DNA from: Lama guanicoe
Lineage: Eukaryota
Assembly: GCA_013239625.1 (NCBI GenBank)
Contig: MU053365.1
Location: 1,088,115-1,152,114, forward strand
Direction: 5' to 3'
DNA length: 64,000 nucleotides
The notes below the pieces were generated by a model, which searched no databases, was not told the DNA's origin, and saw nothing but the letters and a program-made list of their open reading frames with translations. Shown piece by piece: positions 12,151 through 24,184 of this stretch. How positions within the stretch are numbered: the first letter of the stretch is position 1; each line of letters begins with the position of its first letter. A program made the position numbers and the translations under genes.

Positions 12151-14419
12151 GGACAGGTGTAAAAAGATATATGATTTCTATTTGTAAAACACTTTTATTC
12201 TGATAATTGAATTTTTTCTAAACACATCTTACTTTTAAAATTATATTTATTTATTTATTTTTAAAATACATCTTACTTTAAAAATTGTTGATACTTGTTC
12301 CAATTCAAAGCATAAATGTTTTTGGAATTACTAGAACCCAGTGATTCTTCCCAAATAAGATATCAGATGGAAAATTATCAGTAAATTATCACTAGTTTTA
12401 TAAGATTTCTTGAAAAAATGTTTTTGAATTTATATTTGCCAATCATTGTTTTTCATGCAATTTTCCTAGTCTTCTTTCCAACCTTCCATTCCCCTCTACA
12501 ACCCCTACATTCTAGCCATATTTCTCTGGTCACCAGCCCATAAACACATCACACTCTTCCATCTCTTTGCTTCTGCCATTCCCTCTACCTTTTCCTCACC
12601 TATCTCCATCTGTCAGAGCCCTAACTTCACGTAGGCAACTACCCCTGATATGAGAGAATTTCACTCTTCTTCCTACACTCCCTTTATCCTCCCTCAAAGG
12701 AACAGCTGATGCAGTATTCTCTCTGACATGACTTCAGAGAGGCAGAGCTATACAGCGAGGCAGAATGGGAGGATCAAAATGAACAGGAGTATCATGGAAG
12801 TTTGGGAGATGTTCCCAGTCTGTGATAGAACTATAGAAAAATTCCATCTTCCCTAGCTTTTGTTCCTATGTGTTCCACTGTGGGCATCTCAAGGCAATCT
12901 CCCTTTGGGAGAGCACTGCCTCCCTGTGACACTGACATAAGGATTTGAAGGTACCAGTTATTTGTTTTCATACTACCTGAACATCTTGCTGTTTCAGAAA
13001 GTTTTGATGCACAAGCAATATCAACATCTGTTTCAAGGATCTCTGCTGGAATTGCAGCTTCACACAGCCAAATTGCCTATGCTTCCATCAAGGAAATGGC
13101 TATTTATTTTATGCAGCCATCTGGGCTCTAACTAGGATGTTTTGTCATTCGTGGTCTTATTTTCTGGCTTTTTCTTTTAAGGATAAAAATTTGATGACTT
13201 CATAAGCAATTTCATATATGTACATGATATATGAAATCAAACTTATAAGTAAATGTTGCCTAAGTTCTTTACAATGTCACTGTGGTGATAAATATTTCAG
13301 TCTAGCATCCTCTCTTCCGTTTCCCTCCCCCAACTGCTGTTATTTGGATCTACAACATTTATACCTTGGTGAAAAACAAGTTAACAAACTCCACAGGGCC
13401 CATATGCAGTTGCCTGAAGACTTTTCATGGGACTCTCTTCCTTTGGAAAGAGATAGGCTGTTTGGAGACTCAGTATGCTACCAAATGGGATTCTCCCCTA
13501 TCTTTCTACCTCCCAACAGTCTATCAAAGAAATGGTTTATCTTATCACTTTAATAAGCACTCTTTATTATCTCAAACATTAGAAACTTTTCTGCATCTTT
13601 TATGGTGGCTTCTCAGGAGGAATATCACAAATGACTTGTGGCCTACAGTGTAATTTCAGTGACTACCAGGGTAGGGAATATTGGGGGTGGGGAGAGAGTA
13701 ATCTGAAAATCATCAATTTGTCTTTTAAAATGCTATTTCCAAAAAAAATAATAAAATAAAATGCTATTTCCCCCTTTATTGAACTCAATTTACACAGAAT
13801 TATGACATATAAAAAGTTCTTTCAAGTATTCTTATTTGGAAAAAAAAATAACACGATACTCCCATTGACAACACGTTACTTATCTTCCTGGCAATCTCAC
13901 TTACCTGGAATGGAGCCATAAAATAGGAAGAACTTTGAGAGACCTGTAAGCAGACCAAATAAATGTTGCAGAGTTCACATCCCAAAGCTTATAGACTTCA
14001 TTAATAGAAGAGTGCTTCACCCACACTCTATTTACTCTTACATTACACACAATTATATCTGGTTTTCCAGCACATTGCAGATTAGAATCAGCCAATTAGA
14101 ATGGAGAGAGGAGCTGCCAAGGGAGAGATAGAAATGTTATCAATAGAAGACACAAAACTAAAAATTCACAGCAGTTCTAAGGGTATTTAGAATTGGGCAA
14201 AAAGCTCTTTCCACCTCCATTCCCATGAGAGCACACTGTGTTACAACTCAGTGCAATCATCGATGTTCAGAATGATAACTTGGAGTCATCGAGAGCATGC
14301 ATTTTGTTCAGGATTCTCGCTGTACGAGAGCAGAGACTGTGAAATATATTTTAAGAAGATTGCCATCCAAAATGATTAACATTTTAAAAGGTAAATTGCA
14401 ACAATATAGAATGGATTAT

Positions 14420-15400
14420 TGAAGTCACCTCCTACCTGGTCTTCTGCCTCCAATCTCTCCTCCCAGCCCCCAACTATCCACCTCCATCAAGTCACCCTTT
14501 AGGTTACTAGAAGTTTCATTTTCTTAAGGCAATAGCTCTAATCAAATTAATTCAACATTCAGGAATCTCCAATGGTTCCCCCACACCAACAAAATCAATC
14601 AAACAAAATACTCAATTTATCACTTAAAGACCTTCCACAGTGCAGCCCCAATCTACCTTTCCAGCTTTGTCTACCACCATTCCTTCTAAACATATTGTTA
14701 TCCAGCTCAGTAGTTCTCCAAGTATGGTCTTTGGACTAGCAGCACCAGGAAACATGTCAGAAATGTACATTATTGGACCACACCACAGAACTACTGAATC
14801 AAAAACTCTAGGGGTGGAGCCCAGCAATCTGGATTTTAAGAAGCCTTCCAGGTGATCCTGATGCACCTCAAGTTTGAGAATCACTGATCTAGCCAAACTG
14901 AACTGGCCATTACATAATTATACTCTACCTCTCCTCCCTCTGTGGTTTCCTTATGATGTTTCCTTTGTCTGGAATTCCTCTTGCCTTTTCCCCCTTATAA
15001 AGTCCTACACATTTTTGAAAAATATCTCGAATGATATATCCTTTAGGGAGTATCCTACATTCCACCCAACCAGATGCAAATTTTTTCTTCTACAAACCAT
15101 CACAAAAATTTATGTGCAATCCATTCAATCCACTTATTCATTTTTCCATTCAACCAATATTCACTAAAGTTGGCTATGTGCCAGGCACAGGGCACTGGGG
15201 GGTTAAACAGAAATTTACACCATAGTATTCCATGCAGGTAACTGTGAGAACATAGAAAGGGGACATCTTTGTTTGATAGCACTTCTTACAAAAAGTGTCA
15301 TCTGGGCTGAATATGAGAAAGATGAGTAGAGATAATTAGGAAAGGAAATGTTTAAAAAGAATAAGCAACAGGTAACCAATGCCTGTTTTAAATAAAAATT
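14420..15400. mobile_element. LINE-2 fragments flanking a MER5A
   Basis: L2-like blocks cctcctacctggtcttctgcctcc and cattcaaccaatattcactaa...tatgtgccaggcac. Confidence 0.55.
14708..14886. mobile_element. MER5A (hAT-Charlie MITE)
   Basis: TIRs CAGTAGTTCTC / GAGAATCACTG, about 180 nt long, degenerate 8-bp TSD atccagct/atctagcc. Confidence 0.85.
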
Positions 15401-16310
15401 CATACATGATATAAATATACAGAGTCAAGTTGAGTGGTGTGAGCAAATACCCTTACCAGAATGTCAAGGTCTCTTTGGGAGCCTTTTCTTCCCTCCAACA
15501 GCTATTTTTAATACAAACATACTAGCCAATTCAATTATCTCCAAAGTGTGCCAGTCATATCCCTGGAATCCTGGGGAGTCCTCTTTCCTGAAATTTCTGA
15601 AAACTAACTCACATGTGGTCTCTCTGAATTCTGCAGCCAGCATTTCTGTCTCAAGCCAGCATAAACTATTGCTAGAACCACCATGTTGTTATTGCTGTTT
15701 TGACCAACTAAGATCCCAACTAGGTCCTCATCAACCTCTCTATCAAATGTCAAATTTCTTATTAAAAGTGTCAAGCCTACCACAGAAATTTGCTCTTGTT
15801 CTAATGTTAAATCAGACGACTGACCTTCATCTAGAGAGTCCCACAAACTTAAAAGGATCTCCTCCTGTCAATTAGGCAAATGACACTCTTGGGTTTCTCC
15901 AAGGTCACATGACCTTCAGGCAGTCAAGGGTCTGAGACCTTTGAGAGCTGGTGTTTGAAGTGACTCCTGGAAGGAAGAAAGCTATTTCCCAGTTCACCGG
16001 AGGCTTCCTTCAGAGTGGGCCAAAAGTCATGAAAGTGGTATCTCAAACTGCCTAATCTGCTCAGAGATCCTGTTCATCCCCTTTGAGGGGGCTGTAGACT
16101 AGGTCCAACTGACATGATAATTCACAGACAGGAGTCTGACATCAGATCTAAATTCTAGCCTCTAACCAAACACCCCTGTGTCAAAGAGTCATGGATGGAA
16201 AATAACTTTGCTGTAAAGGCAAGGAAACTATGTGGTGTTTGTTGGTGAAAAAACACTAAACTTGAAACCAAGTCACTCTAAAACTGAATTCCTCTGCCAA
16301 GTTTATGATT

Positions 16311-16496
16311 TTTTTAACACTTTTATTATGACATGATTCCTGTATAGTAAACAACACATATTTCAGATGTACATTTTGATGAATTTTGATAGATGTATAC
16401 ACCTATAAAACCACCACGACAATCAAGATAGCTAACATTTCCATCACTCCCCAGGAGGTGCAAATTTCAAATTTCCAATTTATTCCTTCCCACCCC
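16311..16496 (-). mobile_element. Short L1 3'-end insertion with perfect TSD
   Basis: T-tail followed by L1M 3' UTR-like sequence, flanked by the 14-bp direct repeat ccaagtttatgatt (16297-16310, 16497-16510). Confidence 0.8.
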
Positions 16497-16539
16497 CCAA
16501 GTTTATGATTAACCTCTCTATCCAAAACTTTATTCCCTT

Positions 16540-17015
16540 TCTTGTCCTGAACCTGTTCCCCTCAAGATTGAGGAAGAGCAAAGAAAAGGGGGGATTGAAA
16601 CCGTATACAAACCCCCATGTCCTCTGCAGTGAAAGATTTTTGCTTTAGTCTCCCAGGCCTCCCCTGAGTCTCAAAATGCTGGCTCAAGAGTTAATGAGCA
16701 AGAAATCTGAACATGTAGAAACAAAGAATACTTGTTGGACCAGGAAACTGGTAACAATTTAGACTATAAACCAGCTACATAGCAGAATTACCGAACTCCC
16801 AGTTCCCTGAAAGATATACATAAAAGTATGACACATATTCCTAAATTGTCTTTACAGGAAGTGAGCACCCATCAAGTGAAAACTGCTGACCGCAAGCATA
16901 TAGACACCAGGCCAGTTGAATCCAGATTGGTGATGCTTGAAATTTCACCTTGATGCCAACCAATCCAAGAACTGTGCACAAGCTGACCATGCACCCTGCA
17001 GCCCCCTCCCTCACA
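16540..17015 (+). mobile_element. Probable ERV1-type LTR fragment
   Basis: LTR-like composition with a ccaaccaatc...aactgtgcacaagctgaccatgcaccctgc...ccctccctcac block, truncated by the adjacent L1. Family not determined. Confidence 0.45.
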
Positions 17016-17660
17016 CTTTTTATTTTTTTTAATTGAGGTATAGACGATTTACAATGTTGTGTTGATTTCTGTTATAGTGATTCATTTATATGCGCGTGCA
17101 CGTGTGTGTGTGTGTGTATACACACACACAGATACATAAATTCTTTTTCATATTCTTTTTCATTATATGCTATTACAAGGTATTGAATATAGCTCCCTGT
17201 GCTCTACAATAGGACTTCGTTGTTTATAGTAGATAGTATCTATCTGCAAATCCCAAACTCCCAATTTAGCCCTTTCCACCTCCTTTCCCCTCTGGTAACC
17301 ATAAGTTTGTTTTCTATGTCTGTGAGTCTGTCTCTGTTTTGTAAGTTCATTCATGTTCTTTTTTTTTTTTTTAGATTCCACATGTAAATGATATCATATT
17401 TCTTTTTCTGGCTTACTTCACTTAGTATGATGATCTCCAGGTCCACCCATGTTGCTACTAACGGCATTATTTTATTCTTTTTTATGGTTGAGTAGCATTC
17501 TATTGTGTGTGTGTATACACACATACATTGTATATATAATATATATACACCACAACTTCTGTATCCAGTAATTTGTCAATGGACGTTTAGGTTGTTTCCA
17601 TGTCTTGGCTATTATAAATAGTGCTGCTATGAAAACTGGGGTGCATGTACCTTTTTGATT
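17016..17660 (-). mobile_element. LINE-1 3' end (cetartiodactyl type) with internal (TG)/(CA) tracts
   Basis: T-tail at about 17016-17030, a typical 3' UTR, and ORF2 C-terminal antisense ggttgtttccatgtcttggctattataaatagtgctgc. Confidence 0.85.
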
Positions 17661-19489
17661 TTAAATTCCAATTATTTTAAGGTGATTTTCTCTCTTTTTG
17701 TACTTTTCTGTATTTCTTAAATTATTTATAATTAGAAATTTTCATTTATAAAAAAGCAACTCTAATTGTTTACATTTTAAACAATGAAGGAGGAAGTAAA
17801 CTGGGGAACCACCTACTATAATTATTTCATTTTACATGTAAGAAAATGAGACTCAGATCAGATACCATTTCAAGGTCACACAGTGAGTTAGGGAAAAGCC
17901 AGACTTGAATCCAGCTCTCCTGACTCTCAATTCCAGGTTCACTCCACCATACTCAAATTCTGAAACAATGCTCATTACACAGAGAAATGGTACTGCCGCC
18001 TCTCCAAACCTGCACATTTTTCTTTTCTATTTTATAATAGTCTGATTTCTCTTAGTGTAAGCTCAATCTATTTTAAGCCCTGAGTTCAAAGGCCCCCTTT
18101 TTACTCATCTCCTTTTTACGTTCAAACAATTTCCTAGATAACATGGGATGCATCTCAGAAAAGAGATGAGTTAAAATGCCCTACATGTAGTTGCATAGAC
18201 AAGGAATTTCTGTGTAGCACATGAAATTAATCATTCTAAAGTTTGTTCCAATCGTGTAGCCATACCGCACTTCAGTTTACAAAGCATTCTCACATCTATC
18301 ACCTCTGGGATCCCCACCAATCCTGAGGTTGTTATTACCCTAGAGGTGGATTACACACAAACTAATGAATCTAATACCCCTGCTTATACCTAATTTTGTT
18401 TTTCTGTTTTTTTTATTATTTTTCTTCAAGAGAGGCCCCCAAACAGTATAAACTTTGAGCCCCACAAAACCTGGATCTGATCTTGGTAATCCTCATTTTA
18501 CAGGTAGCACCTGAGTCTAAGTGAAATCAAGTAATTTCTTCAAGAAATAACAGCCATTAAATTATATGTATACAACATGACCTATTTAATTATTCTGAAG
18601 TCAGTATTTTTTCATGTGCAGTTATGGCAAAACTTCCCCAACTTTAACACATTTCCATGTACTGATAACTGAGTTAAGATGACTTGGTAGGAGAATACTC
18701 TGAAATATTCATTGGTTTTTTTTTTCCCCCACATCAACACATCCTTGCACCATGCAAGCCCTAATAGCTAGAGCATTCCACATACGCTGCCTTCAGGTTA
18801 GGACTTTCACTGCAGAGATGTAGAGACAAGAAACACGTGAGTGTTCTCCTCTTGAATTTCAGCTTTCGAAGCCCATGGCGGAAATGATGACTGTAAGGTG
18901 ACAGCCTGGCAAGAGTTCCCTGCACCACCACACCATGGGAACAGTACAGGTAACTGCTGGAAATGCCAGGGGCAAAATTAGACCCTGTGACAGCCTCAAA
19001 TGGTGTAGGGGTGAGAGAAAGAGCAGGAAGATGTCCCTTTATTCCGAGAGCAAGTATGAGCTGGTGGGCCAAAAAGATTCACGTGGATATGAGGAGAGGA
19101 CAATGCTGGATAAAGTGGCATGGACCATGTGGCGGGAGGCCAGATAGGGACCTACTGTCTCAGATGATGCTCCATGGAGGTGACAGTGGACAAGAACCAT
19201 AGGGGATGGTGTCTCTCACAGCAGCAGCTGGCATGACCCATGCCATAAAGTTTTATGAACCCCTATAACCTAGAAGGCAGTCAAGGGAAGAGTATGGGGA
19301 GAAGGATACTGATGTGAGCCAAGACCTGAAAGTAACTGACATTACACTGTGTGCCATCTAGCAGATTCAGGACTTAAGAAAGAAGCTAAATACACTTACA
19401 AAAACAGTGAACCAACTTGCAAAACAGAGTTGTGTGGACTATGAAATTTGTATCCACTATATTTTTCAACCAAACATTACTTTATTGGC

Positions 19490-19745
19490 AGGAGAAGGTA
19501 TGATTTAGTAGAAAAGACTTCTATATAGAATCAGAACCTGTATCTTCAAGTCCCAGCTCTGCCAATTACTAGCTTTGTGAGCTTGAGCAAGAATTTAGCC
19601 TCTCTGAAACTCAGTTTTCTCATCCATGAGATGGGATCCCTATCCTGGTTTCTTCTCAGTGCCATTATGAAAATGAAATGAAATCATTCCAGAGAAAAGA
19701 GTTTTGCAAAATGTAAAGCCTTCTACAAATACTAGGTGTTATTAT
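19490..19745 (+). mobile_element. MIR SINE
   Basis: Core cccagctctgccaattactagctttgtgagcttgagcaag...ctcagttttctcatc. Other MIR pieces at about 940-1030, 1285-1400, 1730-1920, 2695-2810, 17820-17950 and 48060-48400. Confidence 0.8.
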
Positions 19746-19985
19746 CAAGCACACATTTATTTTCATTCATCTTGCACTCCCCTTTCTCTTTTCATATTTT
19801 TGGACATTATTGTCAGTGTCCGAAGAAACACCTGCTTTGTAAATATGTTTTGTTCTTTTTCATAGACTATACTCAGACACATGTTAGTGAAATAGGGCAG
19901 GTCCTCATTCTAACCCCAGTGTCAGAGAGCAGCTTGATGCTTGATGCTGGATGCTAGCCAGAGGTGAGGCTCTCAGGTTTCCCGG

Positions 19986-20895
19986 TGTATTCATCACTTA
20001 CGGCTGCTGTAACACATCTCCACACTCTCAGTGGTTTAAAGCTACACAAATTCATTATCTTATAGTCCTCACAGTCTGAAGCCCAAAATGGGGTCTCAGT
20101 GGGCTCAAATCAAGCTGTTATCATGGTGTTTCTTCAGGAGACTATAGAGGAGAATCAATTTCCTGGCCTTTTCCAGCTTCTAGAAGCCACCCATATTCCT
20201 TGGCTTATGACCCCTTCCTTCATCTTCAAAGCCAGCAGCACAGCATCTTCAAATCTCTCTGCTTCTGACTGTCCTGCCTCTCTTCTACAAGGAGCCTTGT
20301 GATTACACTGGGCCCACCCTGATGAGCCAGGTTAATCTCCCCATCTCAAAGTTAGTGACCTTAATCACATCAGCAAATCCCTTTTGCCATGTGTATTAGT
20401 TTTCTGGAGCTGCCACAAACTGGGTTGCTTAAAAAAATAGACATTTATTCTCTCACAGCTCTGGAGGCTGAAAGACTGAAAGAAAGTGTCGGCCGGTCAC
20501 GGACCCTCAAAGGCTCCGGAGGAGGATCCTTCCTTGTTTCTAGCTTCCGGCAGTCACAGCTGTTCCTTGGCTGGCAGCTGCAGCACTTCAGTGTCTTCAG
20601 TCCCTTGGCCTCCACTGTTACATGGCATTTCTCCTCTATGTCCCTGTGTCTAAATTCTCTCTTTTGGTAAGGATGCCAGTCATATTCGGTTAAGGGGACA
20701 TCTTGCTCCAGCATGACTTCATCTTAACTAACTCCATCTGCAATGGCCCCATTCCTAACTAAGGTCACATTCTGAGGTATATGGGATTAGGGCATCAACA
20801 TGTCTTCTGGGGGACACAATATACCCTCTAACACCACATAAGGTAACATTCACAGGTTCTGGGGGTTAGGACATGGACATCTTTGTGGGGGTGGA
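19986..20895 (-). mobile_element. MaLR LTR (MLT1D-like) split by a nested MLT1
   Basis: tgtattcat...gctgctgtaaca...ccttttgccatg, resuming at 20834 with taaggtaacattcacaggttctggggg. Confidence 0.85.
20392..20833 (-). mobile_element. Nested MaLR LTR (MLT1C-like)
   Basis: TGTATTAGT...CTAACA termini; 5-bp TSD ccatg/ccaca. Confidence 0.85.
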
Positions 20896-21858
20896 GGAGT
20901 CTGTGAAGCACCTGGCATAGCTGAAGCACATATGTAATGGAACCCATTACCATGTACCCGAACATCCCAGTTTTTGAGGAAAAAAAGTAAAGCTTTTCCC
21001 ACATAATTACTGCCTCCACTACTTCTATTCTACTTTCAAACAGCAAATTTGTCTGTGTGCCAAGCTGGCCCTGCCAAGGCAGAGTACAACTTAAATTAAG
21101 AGGCCACATGCCAGATGACAGTAGGGACCACCCCAGGGGCTTTCCACCTCAGATTCTCCCTTTTTTCCATCTACTTTCCCTGGACTTGGGACTGATTGCT
21201 GCAGAGACCTCCAACCCATGAGGAGACCCTGAAGCCAAGGGCTAGGGTAGTTCTGAATATGCCAAAGTCTCTAGATTTAAAATGTTTTAAAAAAAGAATA
21301 TCTAAACTGTCAACAATACCTATCAATCTCCCTCAAGTCATCTTATGTCCCTTAAGCAACCACAGCCTCACCTGAAGCCAGTTTTTGGGCTGAGCAGCAT
21401 TTTTCAGGAAGGGAAGCTGAAGGAAAGGAGAGGCGCTGGGAGCTCAGGATCCTAACTAACTTTGCCACTTTCTGACCAAAAATATGGAAGATTGGATGCA
21501 TCTGAGTTTCTCGTAGACACACACAGGTTGTCTGGGAAGTAAGAAAGATGCCTACCTTACTGCCTAGGAATTTTGTTTTTGAGTGAAATAATCAGAGAGG
21601 AAGATGCAAGAGAGGGATGAAGGATAGGAATGGACATACCACGGGGTTTGGTTGTGTAGCGTTGGTCTTTCATCCAAGGCTCTTCTAAGCAGTCCTCAAC
21701 CCCATTTCAGGCCCAGATTACCAGTACAGGGTGCTATGTAACAACTGACATAGGCCAGAGGGGGCTAGCAGGCCTCTGACAGACTGATCCAGATCCCTGC
21801 CTGAAAATGTCTTCCCTGCAATGCGACTTTGTTAACAGGCCAGCTTTAGCAGGGAGGC

Positions 21859-22256
21859 TGTATTTGTTGGTTTGAGCTGCCATCAAAGAAAGGTACCACA
21901 AAACAGGCAGCTTAAACAAGAGAAATGTATTGTCTCACAGTTCTGAAAGCTAGAAGTCCAAGATCAAGGTGTCAGCAGGGCACTTTCTCTTAGCTTCTAG
22001 TGTTGCTGGCAGACCTCGTGTTCACCCCAACCCCTGCCTCCAGCTTTACATGGCCTTCTCCCTCTGTGTCTGTCTTCACATATCCATCTTCTTATAAGGA
22101 CATCAGTCATAGATCAGGGCCCACCCTACACCAGTATGACTTCATCTTAACTAGTTACATATGCAGCAACCCTACTTCCAAATAAGGTCACATACTGCAG
22201 TACAAAGGATTAGGACTTCAATATCTTTTGAGGGAGACCCAATTCAATTCCTAACA
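21859..22256 (-). mobile_element. MaLR solo LTR (MLT1B/C-like)
   Basis: TG...CA termini, TSD gaggc/gaggt, and the typical block tctcacagttctgaaagctagaagtccaagatcaaggtgtcagcaggg. Confidence 0.85.
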
Positions 22257-22330
22257 GAGGTGAATTAGGCCACATTTGGTACACCAAAGTTCAAAATTCA
22301 GCCCGTTGAAAAGGCCATAACGTATCACAC

Positions 22331-22546
22331 CAGTGGTTCTCAGCCAGGGGTAATTTTGCCCCCTGGGAGACACTTGGCAATGTCTGGAGACAGTTTTGTG
22401 TCCCATTTGGTGGAGTGAGGGGGAAGGTGCTACTAGCATCTAGTGCAGAAGGGCCAGGGATGCTGCTAAATATTCTACAGTGCATACAATAGCACCCTAT
22501 AACAAAGAAGTATCTGGCCCATGGTACCCAAGTTGACACCCCTTGT
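22331..22546 (+). mobile_element. MER20 (hAT-Charlie)
   Basis: cagtggttctcagccaggggtaattttgcccc...ggcaatgtctggagaca...gtgctactagcatctagt...gccagggatgctgctaaa. Confidence 0.85.
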
Positions 22547-23089
22547 GCTACAGTAACAAAACTTCGTCTGCCTCCCATACTCACTCTCCCCATCAGAAGA
22601 GTGTCCTTCTCCTCCCAACCTGCTCCCCAAGAGCTCTCTCTTTCTCTGAGGAATCATTGCTGGCCCTTTGACTTCAAGTCCCATTTACTCCCCTCCCCTT
22701 CAGACTTGCTAATTCGAGGCAGGGTCTTCAAATTGATGATTTCAAAGCTTCACCCTCTGCTATGCTGCTTGGCTCCTGTCTGCCTGCCGTGCCAACAGAT
22801 GAAGTTGTGAGGGCTGCTGGCCTCCCTGCATCTAATCCTGCGCCTCGGCAACAGCAGGGAAGGTGGCAAATGTTCAACAGCAGTTGTTGGCAAAGAAGCA
22901 CAGCAGTGGCCAGACCCAATGATGCCACTGCATGTGCAAAAGCCGCTTTAGCAAATTTCTCCTACGTGGTCAGATTTGTAACCAGGACAAAGGCCTCTGC
23001 TGTGTGTGGGTTCTGAGGACACGGAAACACAGGGCTCCTTTTTAATTCTTTGCTGGTTAATTAGTTTGGATGGCTGGCTGAGATCTCTT

Positions 23090-23440
23090 TTTTAATTTCA
23101 CTTCTGTTATTAATATTGGTAGATTCATCTGATCTGTGAAATGCAACAGGGGGTGAATTTATATGGCAGTAAAATAGAAAGCAGAAAATTTCCACGAGTG
23201 TGGTTTTATCTAAAGTGAAATGGCTTCTGCATTGATTAGGCTCTGGTCAGCAAACCATAATAAACTATACACGGTTTGCTAGGTTACATTAATTAATTAA
23301 TCGCTGGGTAATACTTGCAAACTATGAAGTGATTAATATTAAGTAATCTTATGATTAGGCACAAATGTGATTTTTGCTGCCTCCTTATAGAATCTTTGGG
23401 TTTCTATTCTTGTCTTTTAACATTGTTATGTTTGTTAATC
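23090..23440. repeat. MER121-like ancient conserved repeat
   Basis: gtcagcaaaccataataaactatacacggtttgctaggttacatt...ttaatcgctgggtaat...atgattaggcacaaat matches my recall of the MER121 core. Internal inverted repeat agcaaacc/ggtttgct. Confidence 0.7.
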
Positions 23441-24184
23441 AAAGAACTAAGTGTCAGAATTCAGTAATTCATCCCACAAATCCTAGCCCATGCCATCAAA
23501 TAGTGAGATAGACTTGTATTTAATTAGCAAGGAAAATGTCTTCTTAAAATTTAGCCTTTGGGCCCTAAGCTACCTATTGTTTTGAATGGTTTGGCTCTGG
23601 GATTGAGGAGTTGGTGGAGGTTCCTATTGCCCTTCTATCTTCAGATCAGCTGTGCAACTGCAAGCAAGCACTCACCCTTGCTCAGATAGCAGGCGGCCTT
23701 AGAAAGGTAGTTAGATAGGGCTTGAGTCTGTTTCCAGGGTGAAATATCCTTCCCCAGCACCCTCTTCTCTAGTTCCCTTTGTCCGTAGCTCCCTCGTGTG
23801 ATTTGTCACTACAACTGTCAAGAAACTAACAATGAAAAAAAACCTAGCTCTTTTAGCTTTAGAGATGCCATGCTTCCATTTTAAACTACTCATCTCATAA
23901 GATCTCTGACTGGATCCTCATCTCCATCAGAGAGGATGAAATATGATTAAATGGGGATTTGTTTAGGAAGTCTCTGCACTCTTTTTTAGTATATTTTGCT
24001 TTGGTTTGAACAAGCATGTCCCGTTTCCTGGGAACTTGGCACTTCAGGAAGTGACTCTGAGTTGGGCTAAAGAGGAGCATTCTACACTCTTCAACTTTTA
24101 TCTAAGTGTGAACTAGCGGTCAGCACAGGGGCTGGTGTCCTGAATTCCTTCAATTTATCTTTTTAGTTATAGAACTTGATATTT

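Noticed and set aside
15546..15875. Overlapping 109-aa and 80-aa ORFs in unique-looking sequence
   Set aside because: No recognisable domain, non-ATG starts and no supporting splice structure.
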